In this document: positions 1 to 8,887 of the stretch, one piece after another
Numbering within the stretch: position 1 is the first letter of the stretch
How the letters are laid out: every line of letters begins with the position of its first letter
Source: Bacilli bacterium
Lineage (GTDB): Bacteria > Bacillota_I > Bacilli_A > RF39 > UBA660
DNA length: 64,000 bases
NCBI GenBank assembly: GCA_016283075.1
Contig: JAEEMF010000040.1
Coordinates: forward strand, 470 to 64,469
Direction of reading: 5' to 3'
Translations under genes and position numbers: made by a program
The notes under the pieces: model-generated
Told to the model about the DNA's origin: nothing
The model's database searches: none
The model's input: the letters and a program-made list of their open reading frames with translations, nothing else

Positions 1-199
1 GTAGTCCTGCTCTTGCAATTTCTTTAGTATCTAGTCTTAACTTTTTACCTACTAAGAAAGAATTATATGCTACCTTTATACAGTGTTCTTTTCTAGTAGT
101 ACCATGATGTTCTATTAAATCTAATTTATTAAAATGTTCATTACTTAAAATGTCTTCAACTAATGAACAGAATTTTTCATAATTATTCATCTTGTTCAT
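1..199 (-). CDS. HD-domain phosphohydrolase (N-terminal part only; gene runs off the window)
   Basis: Reverse-strand ORF with ATG at 199 behind a GAGGT RBS. My translation is MNKMNNYEKFCSLVEDILSNEHFNKLDLIEHHGTTRKEHCIKVAYNSFLVGKKL..., which has the HHG..R..H..V opening typical of HD/HDIG hydrolases. Confidence 0.5.
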   Translation of the reverse strand, partial: MNKMNNYEKFCSLVEDILSNEHFNKLDLIEHHGTTRKEHCIKVAYNSFLVGKKLRLDTKEIARAGL

Positions 200-349
200 A
201 TTTTACCTCGCATGCTCATTATAGCATGCAAGCACTATATAAAAATAGTAATTTTTAAAAACTTTACATTTTTATTAGGTTAATTATTCTTTATATTTTA
301 CACTTTGTATGTTATAATTTTGTTAGTGAAAAAGATTAGGAGAGTATTT

Positions 350-823
350 ATGGAAGATAGTAGTATTGGAAGTAATATTAGAGAAACAATTAGTGAAAAT
401 AAAGGAAAACTAATATTTCTATTAGTATGTATAATTCTATCGATTGTAATAGGAATGTTTACTAATACAAATAAGAGTAGTAGTAATAATGAAGTAAAGA
501 AAGTTGATTTAGAAGAAGCAACTATTCAGCTTGCTAAACAATATTATGAAAAAGCGCTTTATCCTTATTTAGAAAAGGAAGTATCTGATTATGACGTTTA
601 TTTAAAAAGTCATTCGGAAGATGGAATAGAAATCACTTTAAGACAACTAGTATCTACTGTTGAAGACGTAAATATGGACATGTATAACAATGATAAATAT
701 AGTTGTAGTTTTGTTGGAACAACTATTAAGTTTTATCCAAAAGCTGAATATTCATCAACTGATTATGATGTTAAGGTAAATCTTAGTTGCGAAGATATAA
801 CTACTGATGGGGGGAATAATTAA
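350..823 (+). CDS. membrane-anchored hypothetical protein
   Basis: ATG at 350 follows an AGGAGAG RBS and lies downstream of an extended -10 (TGTTATAAT, 310-318). The track start at 305 would therefore be upstream of the transcript. There is one TM helix (LIFLLVCIILSIVIGMF). The stop overlaps the next start (TAATG). Confidence 0.6.
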   Translation: MEDSSIGSNIRETISENKGKLIFLLVCIILSIVIGMFTNTNKSSSNNEVKKVDLEEATIQLAKQYYEKALYPYLEKEVSDYDVYLKSHSEDGIEITLRQLVSTVEDVNMDMYNNDKYSCSFVGTTIKFYPKAEYSSTDYDVKVNLSCEDITTDGGNN

Positions 824-2610
824 TGAAAAAGTATTTTAATATGCTTTTTGCCGTACTGGTTTTAGCATTTGTTCCAAAAATTGCTTTTGCCAAAAATGTT
901 GTTGCATATGGACAATGTTCATATGATGTAGAATTTGGCAAAGAAAAGTCAAATGGTAAATCAGTTTATGAAACATATGTTGATAATAATATTATTGAAT
1001 TTGATAATTATGATTTTACGTTTGTTTTTTCAGAATCACTTTTACGTAATGGATATGCTAGATCTTTATTTGTTGGGTCTACATTTAATTCAAATACGTG
1101 GGATATAGTTAGTGAAAAAGGAAAAAATCAATTTTCTGGAAAAAATTTTGGTAATACTGGTGAAGACTTAGCAAAATCTTTATATAATGCTTTAAATACA
1201 AATAATGGTGCATGTCCTAATTATTTGTTATTTGTTAATAGTGGTGGAAAGATGTACTCTGAATTTTCCAATAGCGATAAAAAGTGTGACTCAGAAAATT
1301 GTGCTTTAATAGCAAAAGTTAGTGGTAAAGGCGATATTGTTTCTTTACCTATTAATGAGTTTTATTGGAGAGCATCTACCGTTGATAATAATAAAATTTA
1401 TATTAGATTAGATGAAAATGGTCATTTGAGATCTTCAATTTGTACTGGAAATGCAAATCCTTTCAAAACCCGAGTTTCAGGTGGTGGTGGAAGAGGTACA
1501 TCAGGTGATTGTAAAGATGTTACTGCTCTAAAAGTTCTTACAACTGATTCGCCACAGGAACATTTAAAATCATTAGTTTCAAGTAATTATGTAAAAAGAA
1601 TAGCAGTTATTAATGGAAATGATGTTCAACTAGGTGGAGACAAACCAGATACAAATAGTTGCGCAAATTATGTTGTTGGTCAGGGTTGTGTTTCAAGCAA
1701 AACTAATAATCTTTTCTATGAGAGTTTATCGTTTGAGAAAAACTATTTATGTGAACAGTTTAGCGATGTCAAAGCACAATTAAGTAGTTTTACAGATACT
1801 ATTTGGCAAAGATGGCAATTATACTCAACTAAAAAGAATAAATTAAAAGATATTTTTGAATTTGATGGTAATAGAGTTGTTGGTGTTAAAGACTTTACTT
1901 TGGATACAAAAGAAGTACTTAACAATAAACTTGATTTACTAAAAACTAATACAATAGTTGATGACAAATTTGAAAAGGATTCACTTGAATATATTAGATT
2001 ATTGAAATTATATGCTGAAAATAAAGATGGTAGTTATTGCAGCAGTATTGGCTCTGAAGTTCAAAAATATGATGAAACAAATGGATATAGCAAAAAAGTT
2101 GAAGATTTACAAGTTTATATTGAATTTGTTAAAAAAGCAACTAGTGAAATAAGCAGAATTGCAGGAGAAAAAGGATTCAAAGATGTAAAAGAAAAATCTG
2201 ATCAGTTAGGTGCAGAAGCTGATGAATCACTTGAAAAAATTAACAATATATCTTATAAATTGAGGGAAGGATATATTTCACTTCTTGATCCTGAATCAGC
2301 TATGTTTGATTTCTCTGGTGGTTATAAAACTGGATGTGAGGCAATTGCAAGTTTAAATAACTTATTACAAACAATATTAAACTATATCAGAATTATTGGT
2401 ATTGCTCTTGCGGTAATATTCCAAGTTCTTGATTATATTAAGGTAATATTTGGTAGTGGTGATGATTCAATGGTAAAAGCTAATAAGCACTTATCTGTAA
2501 GAATTATTGCTGTAGCATTATTATTCTTAGCACCAGCTTTAATTACATTTGTACTACAGTTCTTTAACTTAAATGGTACAGGTATTGCTGGAACATGTAA
2601 TATTAAATAG
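823..2610 (+). CDS. secreted/membrane hypothetical protein, 595 aa, with a C-terminal double-TM hairpin
   Basis: Sec-type signal peptide (MKKYFNMLFAVLVLAFVPKIAFA). The large Cys-containing ectodomain has no motif I recognise. The C-terminus has two hydrophobic helices separated by GSGDDSMVKANKH. Confidence 0.6.
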   Translation: MKKYFNMLFAVLVLAFVPKIAFAKNVVAYGQCSYDVEFGKEKSNGKSVYETYVDNNIIEFDNYDFTFVFSESLLRNGYARSLFVGSTFNSNTWDIVSEKGKNQFSGKNFGNTGEDLAKSLYNALNTNNGACPNYLLFVNSGGKMYSEFSNSDKKCDSENCALIAKVSGKGDIVSLPINEFYWRASTVDNNKIYIRLDENGHLRSSICTGNANPFKTRVSGGGGRGTSGDCKDVTALKVLTTDSPQEHLKSLVSSNYVKRIAVINGNDVQLGGDKPDTNSCANYVVGQGCVSSKTNNLFYESLSFEKNYLCEQFSDVKAQLSSFTDTIWQRWQLYSTKKNKLKDIFEFDGNRVVGVKDFTLDTKEVLNNKLDLLKTNTIVDDKFEKDSLEYIRLLKLYAENKDGSYCSSIGSEVQKYDETNGYSKKVEDLQVYIEFVKKATSEISRIAGEKGFKDVKEKSDQLGAEADESLEKINNISYKLREGYISLLDPESAMFDFSGGYKTGCEAIASLNNLLQTILNYIRIIGIALAVIFQVLDYIKVIFGSGDDSMVKANKHLSVRIIAVALLFLAPALITFVLQFFNLNGTGIAGTCNIK

Positions 2611-2696
2611 GTAATTATTTACCTATTTTTTATTTTTCACATATATTTCATACAATATATTGATATTTGATGCTATAATTGTACTAGGTGATTTAT

Positions 2697-3821
2697 ATGA
2701 TATATTTAGATTATTCTGCTACTACACCTGTTAATGAAGAGGTGTTAGATAGTTTTAATAAAGCTTGCTTAGAATTTCCAGGAAATGCTAATTCACTTCA
2801 TACTCTTGGAGTAAGAGCAAATAAACTTGTTGAAAGTGCTACTAAGCAAATTGCTGATATCTTAAAAGTGGACCCTTCTGAAATAATTTATACTAGTGGT
2901 TCTAGTGAATCAAATAACTTAGCTATTAAGGGTATTTGTGATAAATATTCTAATCGTGGTAAACATATTATTACTACTCATTATGACCATTCATCTGTAT
3001 ATGGACCTATTGGATATTTACAAAAACATGGATATGAAGTTGATTTTGTAGAATCAGATGAAAATGGGGTAGTATCTTTAGATAGTCTTAAAAAACTTCT
3101 TAGAGATGATACTATACTTGTTATTATTAATGCTATTAATAGTGAAATAGGTATAAGACAACCTGTTGAAGAAATAGGTAAAGTTGTTCATGAAAATAGT
3201 AATGCTTTCTTACATGTTGATTTAACTCAAATGATAAGTAAAGTAGATGTAGATTTAACTAATATTGATTTAGCAAGTTTTTCTGCTCATAAGTTCTTTG
3301 GACTTAAAGGAATAGGAGTACTTGTTAAAAAAGGTAAAATTAATCTTGAACCTATTATTCATGGTGGAAAGAGTACCACAATATTTAGAAGTGGAACTCC
3401 AGCTCATCCTTTAATAGTTTCAATATCTAAAGCTCTTAGACTTGCAACTACTGATTTAGATAAGAAATATAAATATGTTAAAGAGTTAAATGATTATTTG
3501 AAGGGTGAACTAAGTAAATATGAAGATGTATTTATTAATAGTAATGATAAATGTATTCCTCATGTACTTAATATAAGTATTACTTCTATTAAACCTGAGA
3601 CATTCTTACATGCGCTTGAAAAGTATGAAGTATATATTTCTACTCAAACAGCATGTGCATCTTCAAATACTATTTCTCAAAGTGTATTTGATTTAACTAA
3701 AGATGAAAAGAGAGCTAAAAGTAGTTTAAGAATTAGTTTATCTTATAAGACTACTAAAGAAGAATTAGAAGAGTTTGTTAAAATATTTGATAAATGTTAT
3801 AAAGAATTAAAATTAAAATAG
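2697..3821 (+). CDS. cysteine desulfurase (NifS/IscS-like class V aminotransferase)
   Basis: PLP-lysine motif SFSAHKFFG. Catalytic-Cys region STQTACASS. N-terminus LDYSATTP. The ATG at 2697 is preferred over the GTG at 2688 because of AGGTGA RBS spacing. Confidence 0.85.
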   Translation: MIYLDYSATTPVNEEVLDSFNKACLEFPGNANSLHTLGVRANKLVESATKQIADILKVDPSEIIYTSGSSESNNLAIKGICDKYSNRGKHIITTHYDHSSVYGPIGYLQKHGYEVDFVESDENGVVSLDSLKKLLRDDTILVIINAINSEIGIRQPVEEIGKVVHENSNAFLHVDLTQMISKVDVDLTNIDLASFSAHKFFGLKGIGVLVKKGKINLEPIIHGGKSTTIFRSGTPAHPLIVSISKALRLATTDLDKKYKYVKELNDYLKGELSKYEDVFINSNDKCIPHVLNISITSIKPETFLHALEKYEVYISTQTACASSNTISQSVFDLTKDEKRAKSSLRISLSYKTTKEELEEFVKIFDKCYKELKLK

Positions 3822-3829
3822 GTGATAAT

Positions 3830-4093
3830 ATGAAAATTATAAAGATAGGGGCTTTATGGTGTCCTGGATGTCTTGTGATTCGTAAATCTATTGATAAGAT
3901 TAAAGAAAACTATAGTGATATAGAAATAAAAGAATTAGATTTAGATTTTGATGAAGAAGAAGTTAAAGCATATAATGTTGGTGATGTTCTTCCTGTATTA
4001 ATTTTTTATAAAGATGGAGAAGAATATAAAAGACTTACTGGAGAGAGTACTTATGAAGAGATTGAGAGTGTTATAAATGAAATTAAAGATTAA
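3830..4093 (+). CDS. small thioredoxin-family protein (WCPGC)
   Basis: 87 aa with a GALWCPGC active site and thioredoxin-fold length. No signal peptide, so predicted cytoplasmic. Confidence 0.8.
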   Translation: MKIIKIGALWCPGCLVIRKSIDKIKENYSDIEIKELDLDFDEEEVKAYNVGDVLPVLIFYKDGEEYKRLTGESTYEEIESVINEIKD

Positions 4094-5297
4094 GTTATTA
4101 TTTCTAACACTTTTAACTATTTTATTTATTCCAGTAGGTGCTTTAGCTTTTGAAGAGTATGATGATAAAATTTATGATATTGTAGGAGAAAAGAAAAGTG
4201 ATGTTGTTACAGTATATTTCTTCTATAGTAGTGCTTGTCCGCACTGTAAGAAAGAAAACCAATTCTTAGATACTCTTGAAGAAGAAAGAAAAGATATTGT
4301 TATAAAAAGATATGAAGTTACTTCTAGTAGTACTAATTCTGAATACTTAAGAAAAGCAAAAGAAAGATTAGGTATTACTTCACAAGGAGTTCCTTTTACA
4401 GTAATAGGAGATCACTATTATCAAGGATATAGTGATGGTATAGGAACTAGGATAAAAAGAACTACTTATGATTATCTTGGTATTGATATAGATGAAAACT
4501 ATTTTAATGATGATGATAATAACAAGAATAAAGAGACTGAAAAAGATAATTCTTTTGAACTTCCTTTGTTTGGTAAAGTAGATGCTAAAAAAATTAGTAT
4601 TCCACTAGTTGCAGTAGTACTTGGTTTAATAGATGGATTTAATCCTTGTGCTATGTGGGTTCTTTTATTCTTAATTAGTATGCTTTTAAATATGAAGGAT
4701 AGAAAGAAGATGTGGATACTAGGATTTACTTTCTTATTTACATCTGCCTTTATATATTTCTTAGCTATGCTTGGTATATCAATTGTAGTTGGTATGGATA
4801 AGATTCCTTGGATAAGACTTCTTATTGCTGTAGTTGCTATAGTTGGAGGACTTTTAAATTTAAGAAGTTATATAAATACTCCTAAAGATGGTTGCCAGGT
4901 AGTAGATGAAAAGAAAAGAAAGAAATATTTAACAAAGATAAAAGCCTTTACTAGTGAAGCTAATTTAGCTTTAGCATTAGTAGGTGTTATAGGACTTGCT
5001 GCGAGTGTTAATTTAGTAGAACTTGCTTGCTCTGCAGGATTCCCTACAATCTTTGTAGAAATACTTACTATTAATAATATAACAAGCGTTATGAAAATAC
5101 TTTATATTCTTTTATATATAGTATTCTTCTTACTTGATGATATGGTTGTATTTATTGTAGCAATGACTTCTTTAAAAGTAACAGGTATTACTACTAAATA
5201 TAATCGTTTATCACATTTAGTAGGTGGTATTTTAATGATATTAATAGGTATTTTATTAGTATTTAAACCTGAATGGATAATGTTTAACTTTAGTTAA
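4077..5297 (+). CDS. membrane thiol-disulfide oxidoreductase: exported Trx/Grx-like domain (CPHC) fused to a CcdA/DsbD-like transmembrane domain
   Basis: Signal peptide, then YFFYSSACPHCKKE. A polytopic domain follows, with conserved Cys motifs GFNPCAMW and ELACSAGFP as in the DsbD/CcdA electron-transfer cores. The gene overlaps the upstream trx gene by 17 nt. Confidence 0.7.
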   Translation: MKLKIKLLFLTLLTILFIPVGALAFEEYDDKIYDIVGEKKSDVVTVYFFYSSACPHCKKENQFLDTLEEERKDIVIKRYEVTSSSTNSEYLRKAKERLGITSQGVPFTVIGDHYYQGYSDGIGTRIKRTTYDYLGIDIDENYFNDDDNNKNKETEKDNSFELPLFGKVDAKKISIPLVAVVLGLIDGFNPCAMWVLLFLISMLLNMKDRKKMWILGFTFLFTSAFIYFLAMLGISIVVGMDKIPWIRLLIAVVAIVGGLLNLRSYINTPKDGCQVVDEKKRKKYLTKIKAFTSEANLALALVGVIGLAASVNLVELACSAGFPTIFVEILTINNITSVMKILYILLYIVFFLLDDMVVFIVAMTSLKVTGITTKYNRLSHLVGGILMILIGILLVFKPEWIMFNFS

Positions 5298-5341
5298 ACA
5301 TTTTTTCTTTGTAATATGATATAATGATAGTAGGTGAAAAT

Positions 5342-6187
5342 ATGAAAAATAAAGGTTTTACATTAATAGAACTACTAGCAGTAATATTAATACTAGGTGT
5401 TATTGCTTTAATAGCTATACCTCAAGTTTCAAAAGTAATAGAGCAGTCTAAAAAAGGTTCTATTGAAACATCTAATAATAATTACATAAGAGCAGTAAAT
5501 AATAAAGTAATTTCTTCTAGAATGGATTCTGATAAAGATAATGATATCGTAGATGGAGTATATGATATTAGTACTTTAGAAGGAATTGAAATAACTGGTA
5601 AAGCTCCTACTAGCGGAAGAGTAGTTGTTAAAAATGGAAGAGTAGATTCAGCAGATTTAATTACTGATGATTATACTTCTTTATGTAACTCAGATGGTAA
5701 GTGTACTTCAGAAAAAGGATCATATGTATATTATATAAAAGTATGGCCGGAGATAACTGATACTTTAAATGGTGCTAGTACTTTAAGTGAAAGACCACTT
5801 GATAAGATGGTATACATTAAAATAAAGGTAGAAGGCTCTACTATCAAAGAAAAAACTGTATGTGTATATGATAACGGAGAAATATGTTTAGGAATGGATA
5901 CATTCGAAAAAACATCAAAAAAATTATTAGATATATTTGAATATGATGAACATACATGGATAAGGGAAAACCCATCAGGTGCAAAATGGTATAAAAGCCA
6001 GTCTGATAATAAAATTATATGTTATATAAGTAGTGGTAATACAAAGTGTATCAATGAAAAGTATTCTATAAGTATTGTGCCGGATGATGATAATAATGGG
6101 GAGATATATATGAGAGAATTAAGTACAAACTTTACTTGTGGATATAAAATGAATAATCGAAATAATTGCTGGACTGAGGAAGGATAA
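5342..6187 (+). CDS. type IV pilin-like protein (prepilin N-terminal methylation motif), Cys-rich unique C-terminal domain
   Basis: MKNKG|FTLIELLAVILILGVIALIAIP class III signal with Glu at +5. It shares a middle domain with the next two ORFs (NNYIRAVNNKV..SRMDSD.DNDI.DG). The C-terminal half has 4 possible Cys pairs. Confidence 0.8.
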   Translation: MKNKGFTLIELLAVILILGVIALIAIPQVSKVIEQSKKGSIETSNNNYIRAVNNKVISSRMDSDKDNDIVDGVYDISTLEGIEITGKAPTSGRVVVKNGRVDSADLITDDYTSLCNSDGKCTSEKGSYVYYIKVWPEITDTLNGASTLSERPLDKMVYIKIKVEGSTIKEKTVCVYDNGEICLGMDTFEKTSKKLLDIFEYDEHTWIRENPSGAKWYKSQSDNKIICYISSGNTKCINEKYSISIVPDDDNNGEIYMRELSTNFTCGYKMNNRNNCWTEEG

Positions 6188-6189
6188 AT

Positions 6190-7023
6190 ATGAAAAAGAT
6201 AAATAAAAGAAAACGTAATGGATTTACATTACTTGAATTACTTGCTGTAATACTTGTTCTTAGTATTATAGGATTAATAGCATTTGCGGCCGTTAATAAT
6301 TCAGTTAAATATGCTAGAAAGAAATCTGCTGAAACTTCAGCACATGGATATATATATGCTGTTAATAATCAAGTAGGGCTTTCTAGATTAGATAGTGATA
6401 CAGAAAATGATATATTAGATGGTACTAAGTTAGTGTCATCTTTAGAAGTTAAAATGGAAGGTAAAGCTCCTAATAGTGGACATGTTGTTATAACTAATGG
6501 TACTGTTTCTAAAGCGGAACTTATTATAGGAGAATACAAGATTACTTGTATTGAAGGTGAATGTACTACTAAGAAAGCTACATTCTTAGAATCAGTTGAA
6601 CCTGGTTTAATTGATTTAGAAAATGAGAAATTATTAGTATCATGGGATGATTTAGTTAATAAATATGGAATGAGTTTAACAGTAGGATATGGAGGAGCTA
6701 AAGCCCTTGCTGCTACTGGTTTAACTGGATTTGTTAAATTTCCACCAACTGCAACAGAAATATGGGGTACATGTTTTAGAAATAATAATAATATAACTGG
6801 TGCATATATTCCTTCTTCTGTTAAGAGAATAGGTGCAGAAGCATTTAATAAATCTCCGCTTAAAGTACTATATTTTGAAGATACATCTAATTGGTATGCT
6901 AAGTTATCTTCTGGTGATACTTTAGTAACAATTAAATCTCCAGAACATGTAGCTGATAAAATTAGTAGAAGAACAAGTAAGAATAGTTACCCAATGGTAG
7001 AGTGGTATAACACTTCTAAATAG
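6190..7023 (+). CDS. type IV pilin-like protein fused to BspA-type leucine-rich-repeat (LRR_5-like) module
   Basis: RNG|FTLLELLAVILVLSIIGLIAF prepilin motif. C-terminal YIPSSVKRIGAEAFNKSPLKVLYFED matches the IPxSVxxIGxxAF repeat signature. The protein ends YPMVEWYNTSK. Confidence 0.75.
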   Translation: MKKINKRKRNGFTLLELLAVILVLSIIGLIAFAAVNNSVKYARKKSAETSAHGYIYAVNNQVGLSRLDSDTENDILDGTKLVSSLEVKMEGKAPNSGHVVITNGTVSKAELIIGEYKITCIEGECTTKKATFLESVEPGLIDLENEKLLVSWDDLVNKYGMSLTVGYGGAKALAATGLTGFVKFPPTATEIWGTCFRNNNNITGAYIPSSVKRIGAEAFNKSPLKVLYFEDTSNWYAKLSSGDTLVTIKSPEHVADKISRRTSKNSYPMVEWYNTSK

Positions 7024-7033
7024 GAGGAATAAT

Positions 7034-7855
7034 ATGAAGAAGAATGGCTTTACTTTAATAGAATTATTAGCAGTTATTTTAGTACTTAGTATTATTGCTT
7101 TAATAGCCGTTTCAGAGGTTAATAAGATAATTGAAGAGTCTAGAAAACAAGCTAAAGTAGCAAGCGCCACTAATTATTTAAAAGCTGTAAATAATACAGT
7201 AAGTGCTTCTAGATTAGATAATGATTCTAGTAATGATATATTAGATGGTCTATATGTAGTAAATGATTTAGAAGTAGATGTTGAAGGAGAACTTCCTACT
7301 AAAGGAACTGTTACTATTTTAAATGGTATAGTTTCTGCATCAGATTTACTTTATTCTAAATATAGAATAACATGTTATAAAGAAGATAGATGTGAAGGAG
7401 CTAAAGCAAGTTTTCTTTACTCAGCTGAACCTGGTTTATATGATTATGATAATAAAAGACTTCTTGTATCATGGAATGATTTAGTAAATAAATATGGTCT
7501 TAATATAGAAGCGGGCGGAGTTTCTACAGGATGTAATAAACTAACAAGTAATAATTTAGAAGGAAGTTTACTTCTTCCACAAACTGTTAAAAAAATAGGT
7601 AGTTCTAAGTTTAGAAAATGTTCTGCTTTAAAAGGAATATATATTCCTGCTTCAGTAAAAAAGATAGAATCAGAAGCACTTCGTCAGTCAGGTATAACTT
7701 TTATAAAATTTGAAAATGAAAGTAACTGGTACGTTAAACTTGCAGATGGAGACATAAAAGTTGATGTAACTGCAAAGAATATTGTAGATAGAATTAGAAG
7801 AGATTCAGCTGGTAATCAATATCCACTTGCTGAGTGGTATAATAGTACTAAATAA
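7034..7855 (+). CDS. type IV pilin-like protein fused to BspA-type LRR module (paralog of 6190-7023)
   Basis: KNG|FTLIELLAVILVLSIIALIAV. C-terminal LPQTVKKIGSSKFRKCSALKGIYIPASVKKIESEALRQS. The protein ends YPLAEWYNSTK. Confidence 0.75.
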   Translation: MKKNGFTLIELLAVILVLSIIALIAVSEVNKIIEESRKQAKVASATNYLKAVNNTVSASRLDNDSSNDILDGLYVVNDLEVDVEGELPTKGTVTILNGIVSASDLLYSKYRITCYKEDRCEGAKASFLYSAEPGLYDYDNKRLLVSWNDLVNKYGLNIEAGGVSTGCNKLTSNNLEGSLLLPQTVKKIGSSKFRKCSALKGIYIPASVKKIESEALRQSGITFIKFENESNWYVKLADGDIKVDVTAKNIVDRIRRDSAGNQYPLAEWYNSTK

Positions 7856-7867
7856 TAGGAGGATTAT

Positions 7868-8266
7868 ATGAAAAGAAATGGTTTTACTTTAGTTGAACTT
7901 CTTGCAGTTATAATTATTATTGGAGTACTTTCTTTAATAACAGTACCAGTAGTAGATAATGTTATTAAATCTAGTAAACAGTCTGCTCATGATGAACAGT
8001 TAGAACTTATATTAAGTGCTGCAAAAGAATGGGGTTCTAAACATATGATGTCTCTTCCTGCTGATGAAGGAGATACTACTACTGTTACTATATCTGTACT
8101 TAAAACAAGCGGACTTCTTGACGTTAATTTAAAGAGTCCTGTTAATGATAAGTGTTTTAGTAATGATACAGTAATTGTTATTACTAGAAAGAATAATAAT
8201 TATGTATATAATTTTGATGGTGATATAGAATATAGTGATACTTGCGAGGTTGAAGATGGCGAATAA
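7868..8266 (+). CDS. small type IV pilin / pseudopilin
   Basis: RNG|FTLVELLAVIIIIGVLSLITVP motif, 132 aa, with a C-terminal Cys pair. Confidence 0.8.
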   Translation: MKRNGFTLVELLAVIIIIGVLSLITVPVVDNVIKSSKQSAHDEQLELILSAAKEWGSKHMMSLPADEGDTTTVTISVLKTSGLLDVNLKSPVNDKCFSNDTVIVITRKNNNYVYNFDGDIEYSDTCEVEDGE

Positions 8267-8798
8267 GTTTAAAAAATTAATTAAGAATAAAAAAGTATTA
8301 TATATAGTATGCCCTTTAGTTTTAGTAATGGTTATTACTATTACATATTTACTTGTTATAAAGTTTTCTGATTATAAATTTAGTATGACTTTAAATGGAG
8401 AGTCTTATAAGTTCTTTGTAGGAGAAACTTTATATTATAAAGATGATGTAAAAATAGCAAGTGATCTTAATGGATATAAGGTATACATTAATAAGAAAAA
8501 AAGTAGTGGTAATGTTACATTAAAAGAGGGTACTTATCATATAGAATATAAGAAACACTTAAAGAAATTAAGTTTTGATTTAGAAATAGATAAAACTCCT
8601 AGTATTTATGTAGAAGACTATGAGGGTAATGAAATACATAATTATTTATCTAATACAAAGAGTTTTAAAATAATACATGATGAAGAAATAAAAATAGATT
8701 ATTCAGTGTATGATGATAGTACTATTTCAGAACCTGGTAACTACTTAGTTAGAACTTCTGATAGAGAATATAATATAAATATTTTAGAAGCATTTTAA
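8256..8798 (+). CDS. membrane-anchored hypothetical protein, last gene of the pilin cluster
   Basis: ATG at 8256 follows a GAGG RBS and overlaps the pilin stop. One N-terminal TM helix (VLYIVCPLVLVMVITITYLLVI). A hairpin terminator follows at about 8786-8812. Confidence 0.55.
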   Translation: MANKFKKLIKNKKVLYIVCPLVLVMVITITYLLVIKFSDYKFSMTLNGESYKFFVGETLYYKDDVKIASDLNGYKVYINKKKSSGNVTLKEGTYHIEYKKHLKKLSFDLEIDKTPSIYVEDYEGNEIHNYLSNTKSFKIIHDEEIKIDYSVYDDSTISEPGNYLVRTSDREYNINILEAF

Positions 8799-8887
8799 TG
8801 CTTCTTTTTTAGTCTAATAAGTGTAAATAACCTTTAATTAAAAGATAATACATGTTATAATTGTTTTAGTGAAAGTAGGTAATTACT

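Noticed and set aside
305-349. Extended N-termini proposed by the ORF track (305, 2688, 5324, 8235, 11145, 13112, 16778, 20325, 24041, 24433, 36145, 37708, 49072, 54151, 54894, 56418, 61602; also the 39609 end for tetR)
   Set aside because: In each case an internal ATG or GTG sits 5-9 nt after a GGAGG/AGGTGA-type RBS. Several of the upstream extensions also run through promoter or terminator elements. The shorter starts were used.
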